Shown here in pieces: positions 1 through 10,203 of a DNA stretch of 64,000 bases. Numbering within the stretch: position 1 is the first letter of the stretch; every line of letters begins with the position of its first letter. The stretch spans positions 4,616,280 through 4,680,279 of the forward strand of contig OY761159.2 of the NCBI GenBank assembly GCA_963664395.2. Direction: 5' to 3'. The position numbers and the translations under genes were made by a program. Source of the stretch: Candidatus Binatia bacterium (GTDB lineage Bacteria; Desulfobacterota; Binatia; Bin18). The notes under the pieces were generated by a model that ran no database searches, was not told the DNA's origin, and saw nothing but the letters and a program-made list of their open reading frames with translations.

Positions 1-317
1 AAAGATTCACCTAAGCGAGCGGTTTCAGGGGTGTCGTCCAGGCCGGCGTGTACTAAGGTTCGGCGAAATCGCTCCGCGGATACAATCTCGCGCATTTGTG
101 TAGAACGGATTGCGCCGAGTTCCTGATTCACTTGGCTCAAAGCCTGATAAAATCGTTCAAAAGGCAATGCCGGAACCATTTCCGCCACAACGTCGCGCAA
201 CCGACCCATGGTGGAGCGTGTCGTCCGTCCATTCCACTCAAAAACCGGCAATTTTTCCGGATTAAACAGCGCAATGGTCCCAAATAGATCAAACAGCACA
301 GCCTCGTAATGTTTCAC
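1..317 (-). CDS. HAD-superfamily hydrolase, partial (3' end lies beyond the window edge)
   Basis: Manual minus-strand translation from the GTG at 317 gives VKHYEAVLFDLFGTIALFNPEKLPVFEWNGRTTRS..., with a HAD motif-I-like FDLFGT. It stays open to position 1. An AAAGGA lies upstream of the GTG. Confidence 0.45.
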   Translation of the reverse strand, partial: MKHYEAVLFDLFGTIALFNPEKLPVFEWNGRTTRSTMGRLRDVVAEMVPALPFERFYQALSQVNQELGAIRSTQMREIVSAERFRRTLVHAGLDDTPETARLGES

Positions 318-334
318 GACAGTCCTTTACGGAT

Positions 335-751
335 TTACTGATAGTATTGCAGCTTCCGGGGCTGGACCTCAAGCGGCTGACGTCCACTGAATCCTTCAGT
401 TCGTTTGTGATAATAGGCAATCTCTTTTTCGCCATACTGCCAACACAGAGAGACCTCTTCTCCGTTCAACACGGCGGGAAAGTCGACAAGACCAAGGGCT
501 AATCCTTTGAACACGCCGCCATGTTTTTCAATAGACTGAACGGCTTGGGCCATCTCTTCGAATAATGGACGAAGCCCAGGACGGAACTGCAAGGGATGGC
601 GCTGAGCGCCCGCAGCGTGATCCTCTTGGGAAAGTGCCTGGACCTTCTCCCGCACATGGATACAGAGGCGCTGCATCTTCTCCACAGCCATTTCCATGTG
701 TGGGATCATTGCATTTGCTTCTTCAAGATTAAAATGTTTTTGCTCAGCCAT
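335..751 (-). CDS. DUF2203 family protein
   Basis: 138-aa ORF. The N-terminal FNLEEANAMIP and the C-terminal KGLALGLVDFPAVLNGEEVSLCWQYGEKEIAYYH...GFSGRQPL match the DUF2203 pattern as I recall it. Confidence 0.6.
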   Translation of the reverse strand: MAEQKHFNLEEANAMIPHMEMAVEKMQRLCIHVREKVQALSQEDHAAGAQRHPLQFRPGLRPLFEEMAQAVQSIEKHGGVFKGLALGLVDFPAVLNGEEVSLCWQYGEKEIAYYHKRTEGFSGRQPLEVQPRKLQYYQ

Positions 752-896
752 TATTTCAGCTATTTCATTTATTTCAGCTTGGCCCTCGGAGTGCCGAAGT
801 TTGTAACGAGAGTTTCCTACTTGTGCAAGCAGAGACCATGTATTATGGTTTTGAACAGAAAACAGGGTACTGGGAATACTACCGGAGGAGGCCTAT

Positions 897-3344
897 ATGA
901 CAGACATCAAAGTTAGTGAAGGGGAAGAGACGCCTGAACAGAGTGTTGTGGGATTTGAAGAAGACCTGAGTGACGTCGAGCTTCCTAAAGAGCTCCCGAT
1001 CCTGCCCTTGCGTGGCGTCGTCATCTTTCCTTCCGCCATCGTCCCCCTCCTGATTTCACGCGCATCCTCTCTCAAGCTGGTTGAAGACTGCAGGAACAGC
1101 AATAACATTTTAGGCTTGGCAGCCCAGAAAAACCCAGAAGATGAAGCCCCTGAACCGCAGGCGCTTTTTTCGCGTGGGAGTGCCGGCCGTATCCTGAAAA
1201 TTCTTAAATATCCGGACGGCAGCGTCCGCATTTTGGTCCAAGGGCTGAAGCGGATCGAAATTCGAGAGTACGGACAAACTGACCCCTATTACCGCGCGCA
1301 GGTGACGCAACTGGAGAGCGAAACAGAAGAATCCCAAGATTCAGACGCCCTCCAAGCACACCTCGTCAGTCAATTTGCCAAGTTCGTCTCTCTGGTTCCG
1401 TACCTCCCGGATGAACTCCAGGGCGTAGTCATGAATATCAAAGATCCGGCCAGGGCGACGGATCTGATTGGCTCCAACCTCAATATCTCGGTTGATGAAA
1501 AACAAGACCTGTTGAATACCTTGAGCGTCCGCACTCGGTTAGAAAAGCTGTCAACTATTCTGAACCGTGAAGTCGAACTTGTTGAGCTGGGGAATAAAAT
1601 CCAGTCGCAGGTCCAAAGCGAGCTCAATAAAAACCAGAAGGAATTTTATTTACGTCAGCAGATACGGGCGATTCAAAAAGAACTTGGAGAAGGCGACTCT
1701 CGCTCCAATGAGCTTGATGACTTGCGCCAGAAAATAGACGAAGCCAATATGCCCGAAGAGGCGCTCAAAGCCGCGGATAACGAATTCGAGCGCCTCAAAA
1801 TCATTCCGCCCGAGTCGGCAGAACACTCAATGGTGCGGACCTACCTCGAATGGCTCATCCACCTCCCCTGGGCAATCACGACAGACGACAACCTGGATAT
1901 TCCGCATGCCCGCCAGGTTCTGGACGAAGACCATTACGACTTAGAGAAGATTAAGGACCGTATCCTCGAATACTTGGCCGTGCGGAAGCTCAAGCAAGAC
2001 TCGAAGGGACCCATTTTATGTTTCGTTGGCCCCCCGGGGGTAGGTAAAACATCGCTGGGACGTTCTATTGCTCGGGCCATGGGACGGAAGTTCGTACGCC
2101 TCTCACTTGGTGGAGTCAGAGACGAAGCGGAAATTCGCGGCCATCGCCGAACGTATATCGGCTCTTTGCCGGGCCGCATTATTCAGTCCCTTCGATCCGC
2201 GGGGTCACATAACCCGCTGTTTATGTTGGACGAGATTGACAAGCTGGGGATGGATTTTCGTGGTGACCCGGCCTCGGCCCTGCTTGAGGTATTAGATACC
2301 GAACAAAACTTCGCATTCTCCGACCATTATCTGGAAGTCCCCTTTGACCTCTCCAAGGTCATGTTTATTACCACAGCCAACTACTTGGAGCCTGTTCCGC
2401 CCGCCCTCAAGGATCGTATGGAGATCATTGAACTGGCAGGCTATACGGAAGAAGAAAAGCTCGAAATTGCCAGGCGCCACATTACACCCAAACAAATCGT
2501 TGAGCATGGCTTAACTGAGGAACAGATCGAATTTACCGATGAAGCGGTATTGAGTATTGCTAGTGGGTACACACACGAAGCGGGTGTTCGGAACCTGGAG
2601 CGAGAGATTGGGGCGGTGTGTCGCAAAGTCGCACGAGCAGTCACCGAAGGGAACACGGAAAAGACGACGATTACACAGGAGAAAGTCTTAGAGCTGCTAG
2701 GGTCGATCAAGTTCTTCTCTGAGGTGACAGAGCGCATCCAAGAACCTGGGGTCGCTATCGGGCTTGCCTGGACCCCAAATGGGGGAGAGATCTTATTCAT
2801 TGAGGCGACTCGCATGGCTGGGAAAAAGGGTCTCACCCTGACAGGCCATCTCGGCGACGTCATGAAAGAGTCGGCCCAAACCGCCCTTTCATACGTCCGC
2901 GCCCAAGCCGACCAACTGCATATTCCTGCCGACTTTTATGAAAATTGCGACCTCCATATCCACGTCCCCTCAGGAGCCATTCCCAAAGATGGCCCCTCTG
3001 CCGGGATTACCATGGTGACTGCGCTGGCTTCCCTTCTCACCGGTCGTAGAGTCCGTCAGGATGTTGCCATGACAGGCGAGATTACCCTGCGGGGTAAAGT
3101 GATGCCCATTGGCGGTGTCAAAGAGAAGGTTTTGGCAGCACGGCGAGCCGGCGTAACAACCGTCATCATGCCCAAACGAAATGAAAATGACCTTGAGGAT
3201 GTCTCGCCCAAGGTACGAGAGGAAATGCAGTTTCACTTTGTTGAGGTTATCGGCGAAGTGCTTGAGAATGCGCTTGAAGCAGCCACAGTTGACGTCACAG
3301 CCACACAGACGGGATTTCAGCACGGAGCCCCCCCATCAGGGTAG
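897..3344 (+). CDS. lon: ATP-dependent Lon protease
   Basis: 815 aa. Walker [10 protein letters not shown], catalytic PKDGPSAG serine motif, and a Lon N-terminal domain. GGAGGAGG RBS upstream. Confidence 0.97.
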   Translation: MTDIKVSEGEETPEQSVVGFEEDLSDVELPKELPILPLRGVVIFPSAIVPLLISRASSLKLVEDCRNSNNILGLAAQKNPEDEAPEPQALFSRGSAGRILKILKYPDGSVRILVQGLKRIEIREYGQTDPYYRAQVTQLESETEESQDSDALQAHLVSQFAKFVSLVPYLPDELQGVVMNIKDPARATDLIGSNLNISVDEKQDLLNTLSVRTRLEKLSTILNREVELVELGNKIQSQVQSELNKNQKEFYLRQQIRAIQKELGEGDSRSNELDDLRQKIDEANMPEEALKAADNEFERLKIIPPESAEHSMVRTYLEWLIHLPWAITTDDNLDIPHARQVLDEDHYDLEKIKDRILEYLAVRKLKQDSKGPILCFVGPPGVGKTSLGRSIARAMGRKFVRLSLGGVRDEAEIRGHRRTYIGSLPGRIIQSLRSAGSHNPLFMLDEIDKLGMDFRGDPASALLEVLDTEQNFAFSDHYLEVPFDLSKVMFITTANYLEPVPPALKDRMEIIELAGYTEEEKLEIARRHITPKQIVEHGLTEEQIEFTDEAVLSIASGYTHEAGVRNLEREIGAVCRKVARAVTEGNTEKTTITQEKVLELLGSIKFFSEVTERIQEPGVAIGLAWTPNGGEILFIEATRMAGKKGLTLTGHLGDVMKESAQTALSYVRAQADQLHIPADFYENCDLHIHVPSGAIPKDGPSAGITMVTALASLLTGRRVRQDVAMTGEITLRGKVMPIGGVKEKVLAARRAGVTTVIMPKRNENDLEDVSPKVREEMQFHFVEVIGEVLENALEAATVDVTATQTGFQHGAPPSG

Positions 3345-3366
3345 GCGTGACCATCACGCTGGGGCT

Positions 3367-3397
3367 CAAGAGCAGCGTCACGTTCGCCCTGCTCTTG
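3367..3397 (+). terminator. Hairpin downstream of lon (9-bp stem CAAGAGCAG/CTGCTCTTG, 13-nt loop), followed by a T/C-rich stretch
   Basis: Inverted repeat read directly from the sequence. It has no clean U-tract. Confidence 0.35.
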
Positions 3398-3481
3398 GTT
3401 CTCCTGTCTCTCTTGTCCGCTTTGCCCTCCCTCTCAGCAGTCAGGTATGGTGCATCAGCCTGAAACTCAAATAGAACTCAA

Positions 3482-4669
3482 ATGGAACTCAAAACGATTG
3501 ATCAGCTGCCTCTGGCACACAAACGTGTTCTGATCCGCGTTGATTTTAACGTGCCGCTTACCTCGGAACAAAAAGTGGGCGACGCGACGCGGATACGGGA
3601 AGCGCTGCCCACCATACGGCACGCCCTCGCTCAGGGTGCGATCATCCTTCTTGCGTCTCACCTGGGGCGACCCAAGGGAACGGTCACACCGGCGCTCAGC
3701 CTCAAACCGGTAGCAGCGCTGCTCCAAGAGCTTCTGGGTTGTCCGGTTAGCCTGACTCCGGATTGTGTGGGACCAGCGGTTCAGCGGCAGGTGAACCAGC
3801 TTACGGCTGGGGCAGTCATCGTTCTTGAAAATCTTCGTTTCCATTCCGCAGAAGAAGCAAATGACCCGGCGTTCAGTCGGGCGCTTGCCGCCTTGGCCGA
3901 CATCTATGTGAATGATGCCTTTGGCTCGTCACACCGTTCTCATGCCTCAGTTGTGGGCGTTGTGCGGCATTTCGAGGACAAAGGGGTTGGGTTTCTGATG
4001 CGCAGAGAGGTTGACGCCCTGTCGTCCCTTTTGTCCGCACCGGAACACCCTTTTGTCGCCATACTTGGTGGCGCGAAAGTGTCGGACAAAATCGGACTGA
4101 TTAAGAGCCTTCTTTCACGAGCCGACGACATCATTATCGGTGGAGCCATGGCCTATACCCTCTTGCAGGCACAAGGGATCAAAATAGGCCGTTCATTGAT
4201 CGAGCCGGAAAAAATCAACGAAGCCAAAAACGTGCTGCAACAGGCTCAGGAGCAAGGAGTCAGGATTCATCTCCCACAAGATCATGTTGTTACGGCGGAA
4301 CTGACATCAGACTCTCCTTCTACAACTACTACGGGAGCAGATATTCCGGATGATCATCTCGGAGTAGACATCGGACCACACAGCATTGCCGCGTTTCGGG
4401 CAGTTGTGCAGTCTGCCAGGACCGTCCTCTGGAACGGTCCAATGGGCGTTTTTGAAATATCTCCATATGACCGGGGGACCCGGTCTGTTGCGGAAGCTGT
4501 CGCCTCCCTCTCAGCCTGTTTTAGCGTTGCCGGAGGGGGGGATACGGTTGCGGCATTGAATCAAGCCGGCCTTGCCGGTCAGATCAGTCATATATCAACT
4601 GGAGGCGGGGCTTCCTTGGAATTTCTCGAATCAGGAGATTTACCCGGCCTCGCTGCCTTACGCCCGTAG
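3482..4669 (+). CDS. pgk: Phosphoglycerate kinase
   Basis: 395 aa with typical PGK sequence (RVDFNVP, GGAKVSDKI, STGGGASLEFLEG-like C-terminus). Confidence 0.97.
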   Translation: MELKTIDQLPLAHKRVLIRVDFNVPLTSEQKVGDATRIREALPTIRHALAQGAIILLASHLGRPKGTVTPALSLKPVAALLQELLGCPVSLTPDCVGPAVQRQVNQLTAGAVIVLENLRFHSAEEANDPAFSRALAALADIYVNDAFGSSHRSHASVVGVVRHFEDKGVGFLMRREVDALSSLLSAPEHPFVAILGGAKVSDKIGLIKSLLSRADDIIIGGAMAYTLLQAQGIKIGRSLIEPEKINEAKNVLQQAQEQGVRIHLPQDHVVTAELTSDSPSTTTTGADIPDDHLGVDIGPHSIAAFRAVVQSARTVLWNGPMGVFEISPYDRGTRSVAEAVASLSACFSVAGGGDTVAALNQAGLAGQISHISTGGGASLEFLESGDLPGLAALRP

Positions 4670-4805
4670 GAAACTGAGTGGTATAGCGTTTCCGGCAATG
4701 CCACATTCGAGCTTGTCGGAATACCGCTTTTCTGTTAGAGAAAGGCATCTCCAGTCGGAGGAGTTTTTTTTGTACAAACCCAAAAGAAAGAAAGGAGATC
4801 AGGAG

Positions 4806-5477
4806 ATGATTCGAGGAGGTAGAGGCTTTCATTTTGTCGGGGTTATTGCTCTCCTCTTTCTGGTTGCAGGCTGCGCAACGGAAAGACAGAAGCGTGCATT
4901 CTACGGTGCCACACTCGGTGCCGGTATTGGAGCCGCGGCCGGTACGGGGATAAGTGATGATGACAATGAAGCGGCGATTGGTGTTGGGGCAGGAGTTGGG
5001 GCACTTGTCGGTGCGGTCTTAGGCTATTACTCGGCGGATGATCCGCCGCCACCACCGCCACCGCCACCACCACCACCACCACCACCACCGCCACCACCGC
5101 CACCACCGCCACCGCCGGAACCGAAGGTCATTATCCTGCGCGGGATTAACTTCGACTTTGACGAGTCGGATGTGAAGCTTGAGTTCGAGCCTGTCCTCGA
5201 TGAAGCGGCTCAGATTCTTCAGGACAATCAGGATTGCATGGTCCTCATCGAAGGGCACACCGACTCGATGGGCTCTGAGTCCTATAACCAGGGCTTATCA
5301 GAAAATCGTGCCGCAGCGGTAAAGGCATACTTGGTCGGCAAAGGCATAGGCGCGGACCGTCTCGAAACCGTCGGGCGTGGGGAAAACGACCCGGTCGCCC
5401 CCAACACGAACGACAACGGGACGGACAACGCTGAAGGCCGGGGCATGAACCGACGAGCTGAACTTATCGTTCAATAA
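4806..5477 (+). CDS. OmpA/Pal-like peptidoglycan-associated lipoprotein with a polyproline linker
   Basis: The ATG at 4806 follows an AGGAG. Lipobox LVAGC. Gly/Ala-rich segment, then 25 Pro, then an OmpA_C domain (NQGLSENRAAAV...GRGMNRRAEL). The track ORF start at 4572 overlaps pgk and was rejected. Confidence 0.85.
   Translation: MIRGGRGFHFVGVIALLFLVAGCATERQKRAFYGATLGAGIGAAAGTGISDDDNEAAIGVGAGVGALVGAVLGYYSADDPPPPPPPPPPPPPPPPPPPPPPPPPEPKVIILRGINFDFDESDVKLEFEPVLDEAAQILQDNQDCMVLIEGHTDSMGSESYNQGLSENRAAAVKAYLVGKGIGADRLETVGRGENDPVAPNTNDNGTDNAEGRGMNRRAELIVQ
5043..5117 (+). repeat. Run of 25 consecutive proline codons (CCA/CCG)
   Basis: Counted codon by codon in the frame of the 4806 CDS. Confidence 0.95.
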
Positions 5478-5528
5478 GCCACCCTGAACAGGATGAGATA
5501 CGCCTGCGTGTCCATCCATAATCGGCAA

Positions 5529-5576
5529 GAAAAGGGCGGGAGCTTGGTGAGAGAAAATCAGAGCCCCGCCCTTTTC
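5529..5576 (+). terminator. Hairpin after the OmpA-like gene (GAAAAGGGCGGG ... CCCGCCCTTTTC)
   Basis: Roughly 11-bp inverted repeat with a long (about 24-nt) loop and a short T run. Confidence 0.4.
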
Positions 5577-5592
5577 GCGTCTCACATGTAGG

Positions 5593-6138
5593 ATGCTACT
5601 CAAGTACTTTTTCCATACCTGCGCTCCCGGACTGCCTGTGTTTTTTTTCTGCTGCCTCGCGACAGCCGGGGAGACTCGCCCTGCGCCGACTCATACGCTA
5701 GAGAGCGAACATGCGCAAAACCAGGCGCAGGCCCTCACTGACCCCTCAGCCGAGGACAAGCAGGACAAGCAGGACAAGCAGGACAAGCAGGAAGAGGAAG
5801 AAGATCACGCACGAGAGAGCTTCGAGCTCTTTACCCGCAAATGGATGCAGAAACTGGTAAAGACCGAAGATTTTCAGAAAAAAAAGATGATGAAAATCAT
5901 ACGAGCAGGAGAAGGGTTTGTTGCCGAATATACCGGATATCTTCCCCATCGCTACACCGTGGTCAAACTGACCAAATCAAAGCTTACACCCTTTGTCGGC
6001 ATCCTTACCTATTACAAAAAGAAAATGCGGAGTGTGGGTAAAACAAAAGGGCAAGCCATCAACGGCCTCTTTGAGCAGGCAGAGACCAGCCAAGTCTCTG
6101 AGATCTTTCGCTACACGAAAGGGAAATGGGTGTACTAA
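5593..6138 (+). CDS. Hypothetical secreted protein with a (DKQ)4 repeat
   Basis: 181-aa ORF with a hydrophobic N-terminus, an acidic DKQDKQDKQDKQEEEED stretch and a basic C-terminal half. No family recognised. Confidence 0.5.
   Translation: MLLKYFFHTCAPGLPVFFFCCLATAGETRPAPTHTLESEHAQNQAQALTDPSAEDKQDKQDKQDKQEEEEDHARESFELFTRKWMQKLVKTEDFQKKKMMKIIRAGEGFVAEYTGYLPHRYTVVKLTKSKLTPFVGILTYYKKKMRSVGKTKGQAINGLFEQAETSQVSEIFRYTKGKWVY
5755..5790 (+). repeat. 9-bp in-frame tandem repeat GACAAGCAG x4
   Basis: Four perfect copies read from the sequence. Confidence 0.95.
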
Positions 6139-6274
6139 TCTGACCCTCTCCACTCTCAACGCCGGGCTCTCGCACCGACGCTCCTTTCTCCCTCTTCCTT
6201 TTCCGGTCCAGGCTCCCCTTGCAAACAGGGCCGGCGTTCGCAACCATGAATATATGGGTATACGGCGTCAACCG

Positions 6275-7708
6275 ATGAGATTTTTTTCCAGGTTCGTTTG
6301 TTTCCTTACCTGTTTATTCCCCCTCTTGGTTGGCCTTCAATACGGCTATGCACAACCACTCGACGGCTATGCACAACCACTCGACGGCTATGCACAACCA
6401 CTCGAAAAGAGCGGCTGGCAGGTTACCCACAACGTGCTCAACAACGGACTGACGGTCCTCATATTGGAAGATCATCGTGCTCCGGTTGCCACCCTGCAGG
6501 TCTGGTACAAGGTCGGCTCGCGCAATGAGCGGCCGGGCATTACCGGCATTTCTCATCTGCTTGAGCACTTGATGTTCAGAGGAACGCCGACCTACGGCAA
6601 AGGGGAATTTTCTCGTTTGGTTCAGGAACGTGGCGGACGGCTCAATGCGTTCACCTCTACCGACCAGACCGTCTATTTTGAAAGCGCGGCGGTTCAGCAC
6701 CTTGACCTCTTTCTTGAACTCGAAGCGGACCGCATGGCCCATGTCATGCTGGATGAAGAAGGCTTTCTGTCGGAGCAGAAAATTGTCATGGAAGAGCGCC
6801 GGCTCAGGACTGCGGATGAGCCAAGCTCCGACCTATGGGAGCAGGTCAGTGCCGCCGCGTTTACCGCTCATCCCTACGGCTGGCCCGTTGTCGGCTGGAT
6901 GCACGACCTGGAGGCGGTCACCCTCGCAGCTGTCAAAGCCTATCGTCAGACCTATTACGCTCCCGGCAATGCCATCCTGGTAATCGCCGGGGACGTGACC
7001 CCAGAGACCCTCCTGCCCCGCATCCGCCAGACGTTTGGCCAGGTTCCGGCCGGGCCGGCGATTCCCGAGGTCACCTCAGTGGAACCTCTACAGCGGGGCG
7101 AACGGCGCGTTTTTCTCAAGCGCCCGGCATCGCTACCGCTGTATATTGCCGGCTACCACGTTCCGACGCTCGCACATGACGAGAGTTTTGCGCTCTCCAT
7201 TGCGGCCACTATTCTGGGCGGCGGTCGGAGCGCCCGCTTGCAACGCTCGCTGGTTGAAGACCAGCAGATTGCCCTGAGCGCGAACGCCGGGTATGACCGG
7301 ACCTCACTCGATCCCACACTCTTTACCTTGTCCATGCGGATCGCTCTGGGGAAAACCTGGCAGGCCGCGGAACAGGCATTGTCTGAGGAGATTGCCCGGC
7401 TCAAGACCGCACTGGTGACGGAAAAAGAGCTGGAGCGGGCCAAGAATCTGATTGAGTCGAGTTTTATCTATGCCCAGGACTCGTTCTTCTATCGCGCCCT
7501 GCAACTCGGGCAGTACGCCGCTCTTGGCGACTGGAGCCTCATCCTCAAAGTCATTCCTGGCCTCAGGGCCGTCACAGCGGAACAGGTCCGACAGGTGGCC
7601 CAAAAATATCTGATCGATACGAATCGAACCGTCGGCATCCTGGAACCTGATGGCACACCCATTCGGGAAGTACCCCAGGGAGACCCAGGGCGCCGGGGTG
7701 CGCATTAA
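6275..7708 (+). CDS. M16 (pitrilysin/insulinase) family zinc peptidase, active-type subunit
   Basis: HLLEHLMFRGT (HxxEH zinc motif). Signal peptide MRFFSRFVCFLTCLFPLLVG. An alternative ATG lies at 6254. The track start at 5993 overlaps the upstream gene. Confidence 0.9.
   Translation: MRFFSRFVCFLTCLFPLLVGLQYGYAQPLDGYAQPLDGYAQPLEKSGWQVTHNVLNNGLTVLILEDHRAPVATLQVWYKVGSRNERPGITGISHLLEHLMFRGTPTYGKGEFSRLVQERGGRLNAFTSTDQTVYFESAAVQHLDLFLELEADRMAHVMLDEEGFLSEQKIVMEERRLRTADEPSSDLWEQVSAAAFTAHPYGWPVVGWMHDLEAVTLAAVKAYRQTYYAPGNAILVIAGDVTPETLLPRIRQTFGQVPAGPAIPEVTSVEPLQRGERRVFLKRPASLPLYIAGYHVPTLAHDESFALSIAATILGGGRSARLQRSLVEDQQIALSANAGYDRTSLDPTLFTLSMRIALGKTWQAAEQALSEEIARLKTALVTEKELERAKNLIESSFIYAQDSFFYRALQLGQYAALGDWSLILKVIPGLRAVTAEQVRQVAQKYLIDTNRTVGILEPDGTPIREVPQGDPGRRGAH
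6344..6406 (+). repeat. 21-bp in-frame tandem repeat x3 (GYAQPLD GYAQPLD GYAQPLE)
   Basis: GGCTATGCACAACCACTCGAC repeated. Only the last base of copy 3 differs. Confidence 0.95.
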
Positions 7709-7761
7709 CCAATCCGTTCCTGCTCGCTCCGACCCTTCCTAGCGCGTGAAGGAAGCATGCT

Positions 7762-9165
7762 ATGACACGACGCCTTCTTATCGGCCTTATTCTCAGCCTC
7801 GGTTTTGCGCCGTCTCTCTCAGCCGCACCGCTGGGCATCCGGACCGTGCTCGATAACGACGCAACGCTGCTCGTTGCCGAGCGCCCCGGTCTGCCCATGG
7901 TCGTGATGAGCATGATCCTCAAAACCGGCGCCGCGGTTGACCCGCAGGGTAAACAGGGACTGGCAAATCTCACCGCCGAGTTACTCACGCGCGGGACCAA
8001 GAATTACTCCGCCCAGGCGCTGGCCGAAGAACTCGACTTCCTAGGGACGTCATTATCGGTTGAAGCCGGTAACGATGCCACGACCATCGGCCTGACGACC
8101 TTGACCAAGAATCTGGACCGGTCTTTCGCCCTCTTGGCCGAAGTCGTCCTGTCCCCAACCTTCCCCCAGGACGAATTCGAGCGCATCCGCAAGGAGATTG
8201 AGGGCCGTCTGCACAGCAACCGGGAAGACCCCGGCTGGGTCGCCGGCAAAGCCTTCAAAGAGCATCTCTACCCTCAGCATCCCTACGGACGGTTGATCTC
8301 GGGCCAGGCAGAGACGCTGGCGCGCATTACGCCTGCTGATATCAGGCAGTTCCACGCCACCTATTATCGTCCCAATAACGCCATCATCGCCGTTGCCGGA
8401 GAAATCACCCAGGACCAGATCGGCTCCCTCCTCGCTGCTCATTTTGCCGACTGGCAAGCGGCCGACCTGCCCGATTTCTCGTGGCCGGACCCACCCGAGC
8501 GAGCGGCCCAACAGGTCAACCTGAATAAAGAAGTCACCCAGGCCAACATCATGATCGGCCATTCGGGCATCGCCCGCTCGCACCCTGATTATTACGCCGT
8601 TCTGATCATGAATCACATTCTCGGGGGCGGGGGATTTGGCTCGCGACTCATGGATCGCATTCGAGAAGAGCAAGGCTATGCCTACTCTATCGGCAGCTAT
8701 TTCTCCGCTCGTAAACATCCGGGCCCTTTCACGGTTGCGTTGCAAACCAAGAATGAAAGCGCCCAACAAGCCATTGATGAAACCCTGGCCGTTATTCGGC
8801 ACTTCAGGGAAGAAGGGGCAACCGAAGAGGAACTCGAAGCGGCAAAAGCCTATCTCGTCAACAGCTTCCCGCTCCGGCTCATTTCCAACGCGGATGTCGC
8901 CGGAATGCTCCCGGTGCTCGAGTTCTATGAACTGGGACTCGATTACCCGGACCGCTACCCAGGCATTATTGGGGCGGTGACGCTTGAGCAGGTGAGAGCG
9001 GCGGCAAAGAACCACCTCCACCCGGATCAATTCGTTCAGGTCGTGGTCGCCGATCTGGAAAAGGCTGGCCTGGAACGGGCCGAGACTAGCGCCGATGTGT
9101 CCGGTGGGAACACGGAACACACGGCAACGGAAGAGCCAAACCCCGCCGCGACAATGGCGGAGTGA
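7762..9165 (+). CDS. M16 family peptidase, non-catalytic-type subunit
   Basis: 467 aa with the M16 fold pattern, but the HxxEH position reads LTAELLTRGT. Signal peptide ...SLSAAP. Confidence 0.88.
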   Translation: MTRRLLIGLILSLGFAPSLSAAPLGIRTVLDNDATLLVAERPGLPMVVMSMILKTGAAVDPQGKQGLANLTAELLTRGTKNYSAQALAEELDFLGTSLSVEAGNDATTIGLTTLTKNLDRSFALLAEVVLSPTFPQDEFERIRKEIEGRLHSNREDPGWVAGKAFKEHLYPQHPYGRLISGQAETLARITPADIRQFHATYYRPNNAIIAVAGEITQDQIGSLLAAHFADWQAADLPDFSWPDPPERAAQQVNLNKEVTQANIMIGHSGIARSHPDYYAVLIMNHILGGGGFGSRLMDRIREEQGYAYSIGSYFSARKHPGPFTVALQTKNESAQQAIDETLAVIRHFREEGATEEELEAAKAYLVNSFPLRLISNADVAGMLPVLEFYELGLDYPDRYPGIIGAVTLEQVRAAAKNHLHPDQFVQVVVADLEKAGLERAETSADVSGGNTEHTATEEPNPAATMAE

Positions 9166-9195
9166 GGCGCCGCCATATATGTGGAGTGAGCGTTT

Positions 9196-10188
9196 ATGCT
9201 TCTCCCCGGCAAACTCCCAGCTGATTTCCTCAAAACCTGCATCACACATGCGGGGACGGAAGACCCGCGTGTTCTCATCGGCCCACGTTTTGGCGAGGAC
9301 TGCGCCGTTATCGATATTGGCGCTCAGTATCTTGTTGTCAAAACCGACCCGGTGACATTCACAGCGGCAGATGTGGGTTGGTACGCCGTGCATATCAATG
9401 CCAACGATGTTGCGACCATGGGCGCACAGCCGGCCTGGTTTCAAACCTGTCTCCTGTTTCCGCCTGATACTCCAGAAGAAAGCGTCAGACAGGTCTTTGC
9501 CCAGATTGACTCTACCTGTCGAGATCTGGGCATTACTGTCACCGGTGGGCACACGGAAGTGACCGCGTCAGTCACTCAGCCAGTCGTGGTCGGCAATATG
9601 ACAGGCGTGGTCGCCAAAGACCGATTAGTGACCACACAGGGAGTCCGGGCCGGAGACTTGGTCGTAATGACCAAGACAGCCGGTCTTGAGGGGACCAGCA
9701 TTGTGTTCACCGAGAAGCGCAAAGAACTGGAGGACATTCTTGTACCGGAGCTTCAGGACGAGGCGCAGAATATCCGCACAACATGGGGAATCTCCATTGT
9801 CAAAGAAGCCCTGTTAGCCGCACAATACGGCGCTACAGCCATGCACGACCCCACAGAAGGCGGCGTGGCCATGGGCCTGTACGAGCTGACCGCGGTCAGC
9901 GACCTCGGCATGCAGCTCGACCTCGACGCCATTCCCACCCTGCCCTCCACCCGAGCCATATGTGAGCACTTCAGTATCAATCCACTCGGATTGATTAGTT
10001 CCGGCACCCTGCTCCTGACCATTGCTGCTGACAATTGGCCGAGTCTTGAAAATATTTTTCAGTTAGCAAACATTCCCGCTCAGGTCATTGGGAGCGTCAC
10101 GCCGGAGACCGGCATTCAGGCCCGGCGGAACGGCCAGGAGGTGCGGTTTGTCTATAGTGAAAGGGATGAGCTGCTGAAGGTTCTTTGA
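9196..10188 (+). CDS. AIR synthase-related (PurM/HypE/ThiL superfamily) protein
   Basis: 330 aa. GEDCAVID...VKTDP, GGHTE and the C-terminal domain are typical of the PurM-like fold. Confidence 0.8.
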   Translation: MLLPGKLPADFLKTCITHAGTEDPRVLIGPRFGEDCAVIDIGAQYLVVKTDPVTFTAADVGWYAVHINANDVATMGAQPAWFQTCLLFPPDTPEESVRQVFAQIDSTCRDLGITVTGGHTEVTASVTQPVVVGNMTGVVAKDRLVTTQGVRAGDLVVMTKTAGLEGTSIVFTEKRKELEDILVPELQDEAQNIRTTWGISIVKEALLAAQYGATAMHDPTEGGVAMGLYELTAVSDLGMQLDLDAIPTLPSTRAICEHFSINPLGLISSGTLLLTIAADNWPSLENIFQLANIPAQVIGSVTPETGIQARRNGQEVRFVYSERDELLKVL

Positions 10189-10203
10189 GAAAAGAGCCCT
10201 TAA

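Noticed and set aside
4572-4805. Upstream extension of the OmpA-like ORF
   Set aside because: It overlaps the 3' end of pgk. The lipoprotein signal peptide and RBS begin at 4806.
4843-5258. Minus-strand ORFs encoding V/A- or W/R-rich runs
   Set aside because: These are artefacts of reading the polyproline (CCN)n tract on the opposite strand.
5993-6274. Upstream extension of the M16 peptidase ORF
   Set aside because: It overlaps the preceding gene and precedes the obvious signal peptide that starts at 6275 (or 6254).
6344-6406. The tandem repeats here, and at 5755, 19481, 51204 and 61281, as CRISPR-like arrays
   Set aside because: The units are 9-21 bp, contiguous with no spacers, and in-frame inside coding regions. 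No cas genes are present.
8053-9552. 499-aa minus-strand ORF spanning the M16B and AIR-synthase-related genes
   Set aside because: It is antisense to two well-supported genes. Its composition is Arg/Gly/Val-rich with no recognisable motifs. This is a typical shadow ORF of GC-rich DNA.
9196-10188. The AIR-synthase-related protein as selenophosphate synthetase SelD, which would have supported the Sec hypothesis
   Set aside because: It lacks the N-terminal Cys/Sec-Gly-Cys-Lys type motif and the overall SelD N-terminus. It looks like a generic PurM-superfamily member, so it is not evidence for Sec metabolism.
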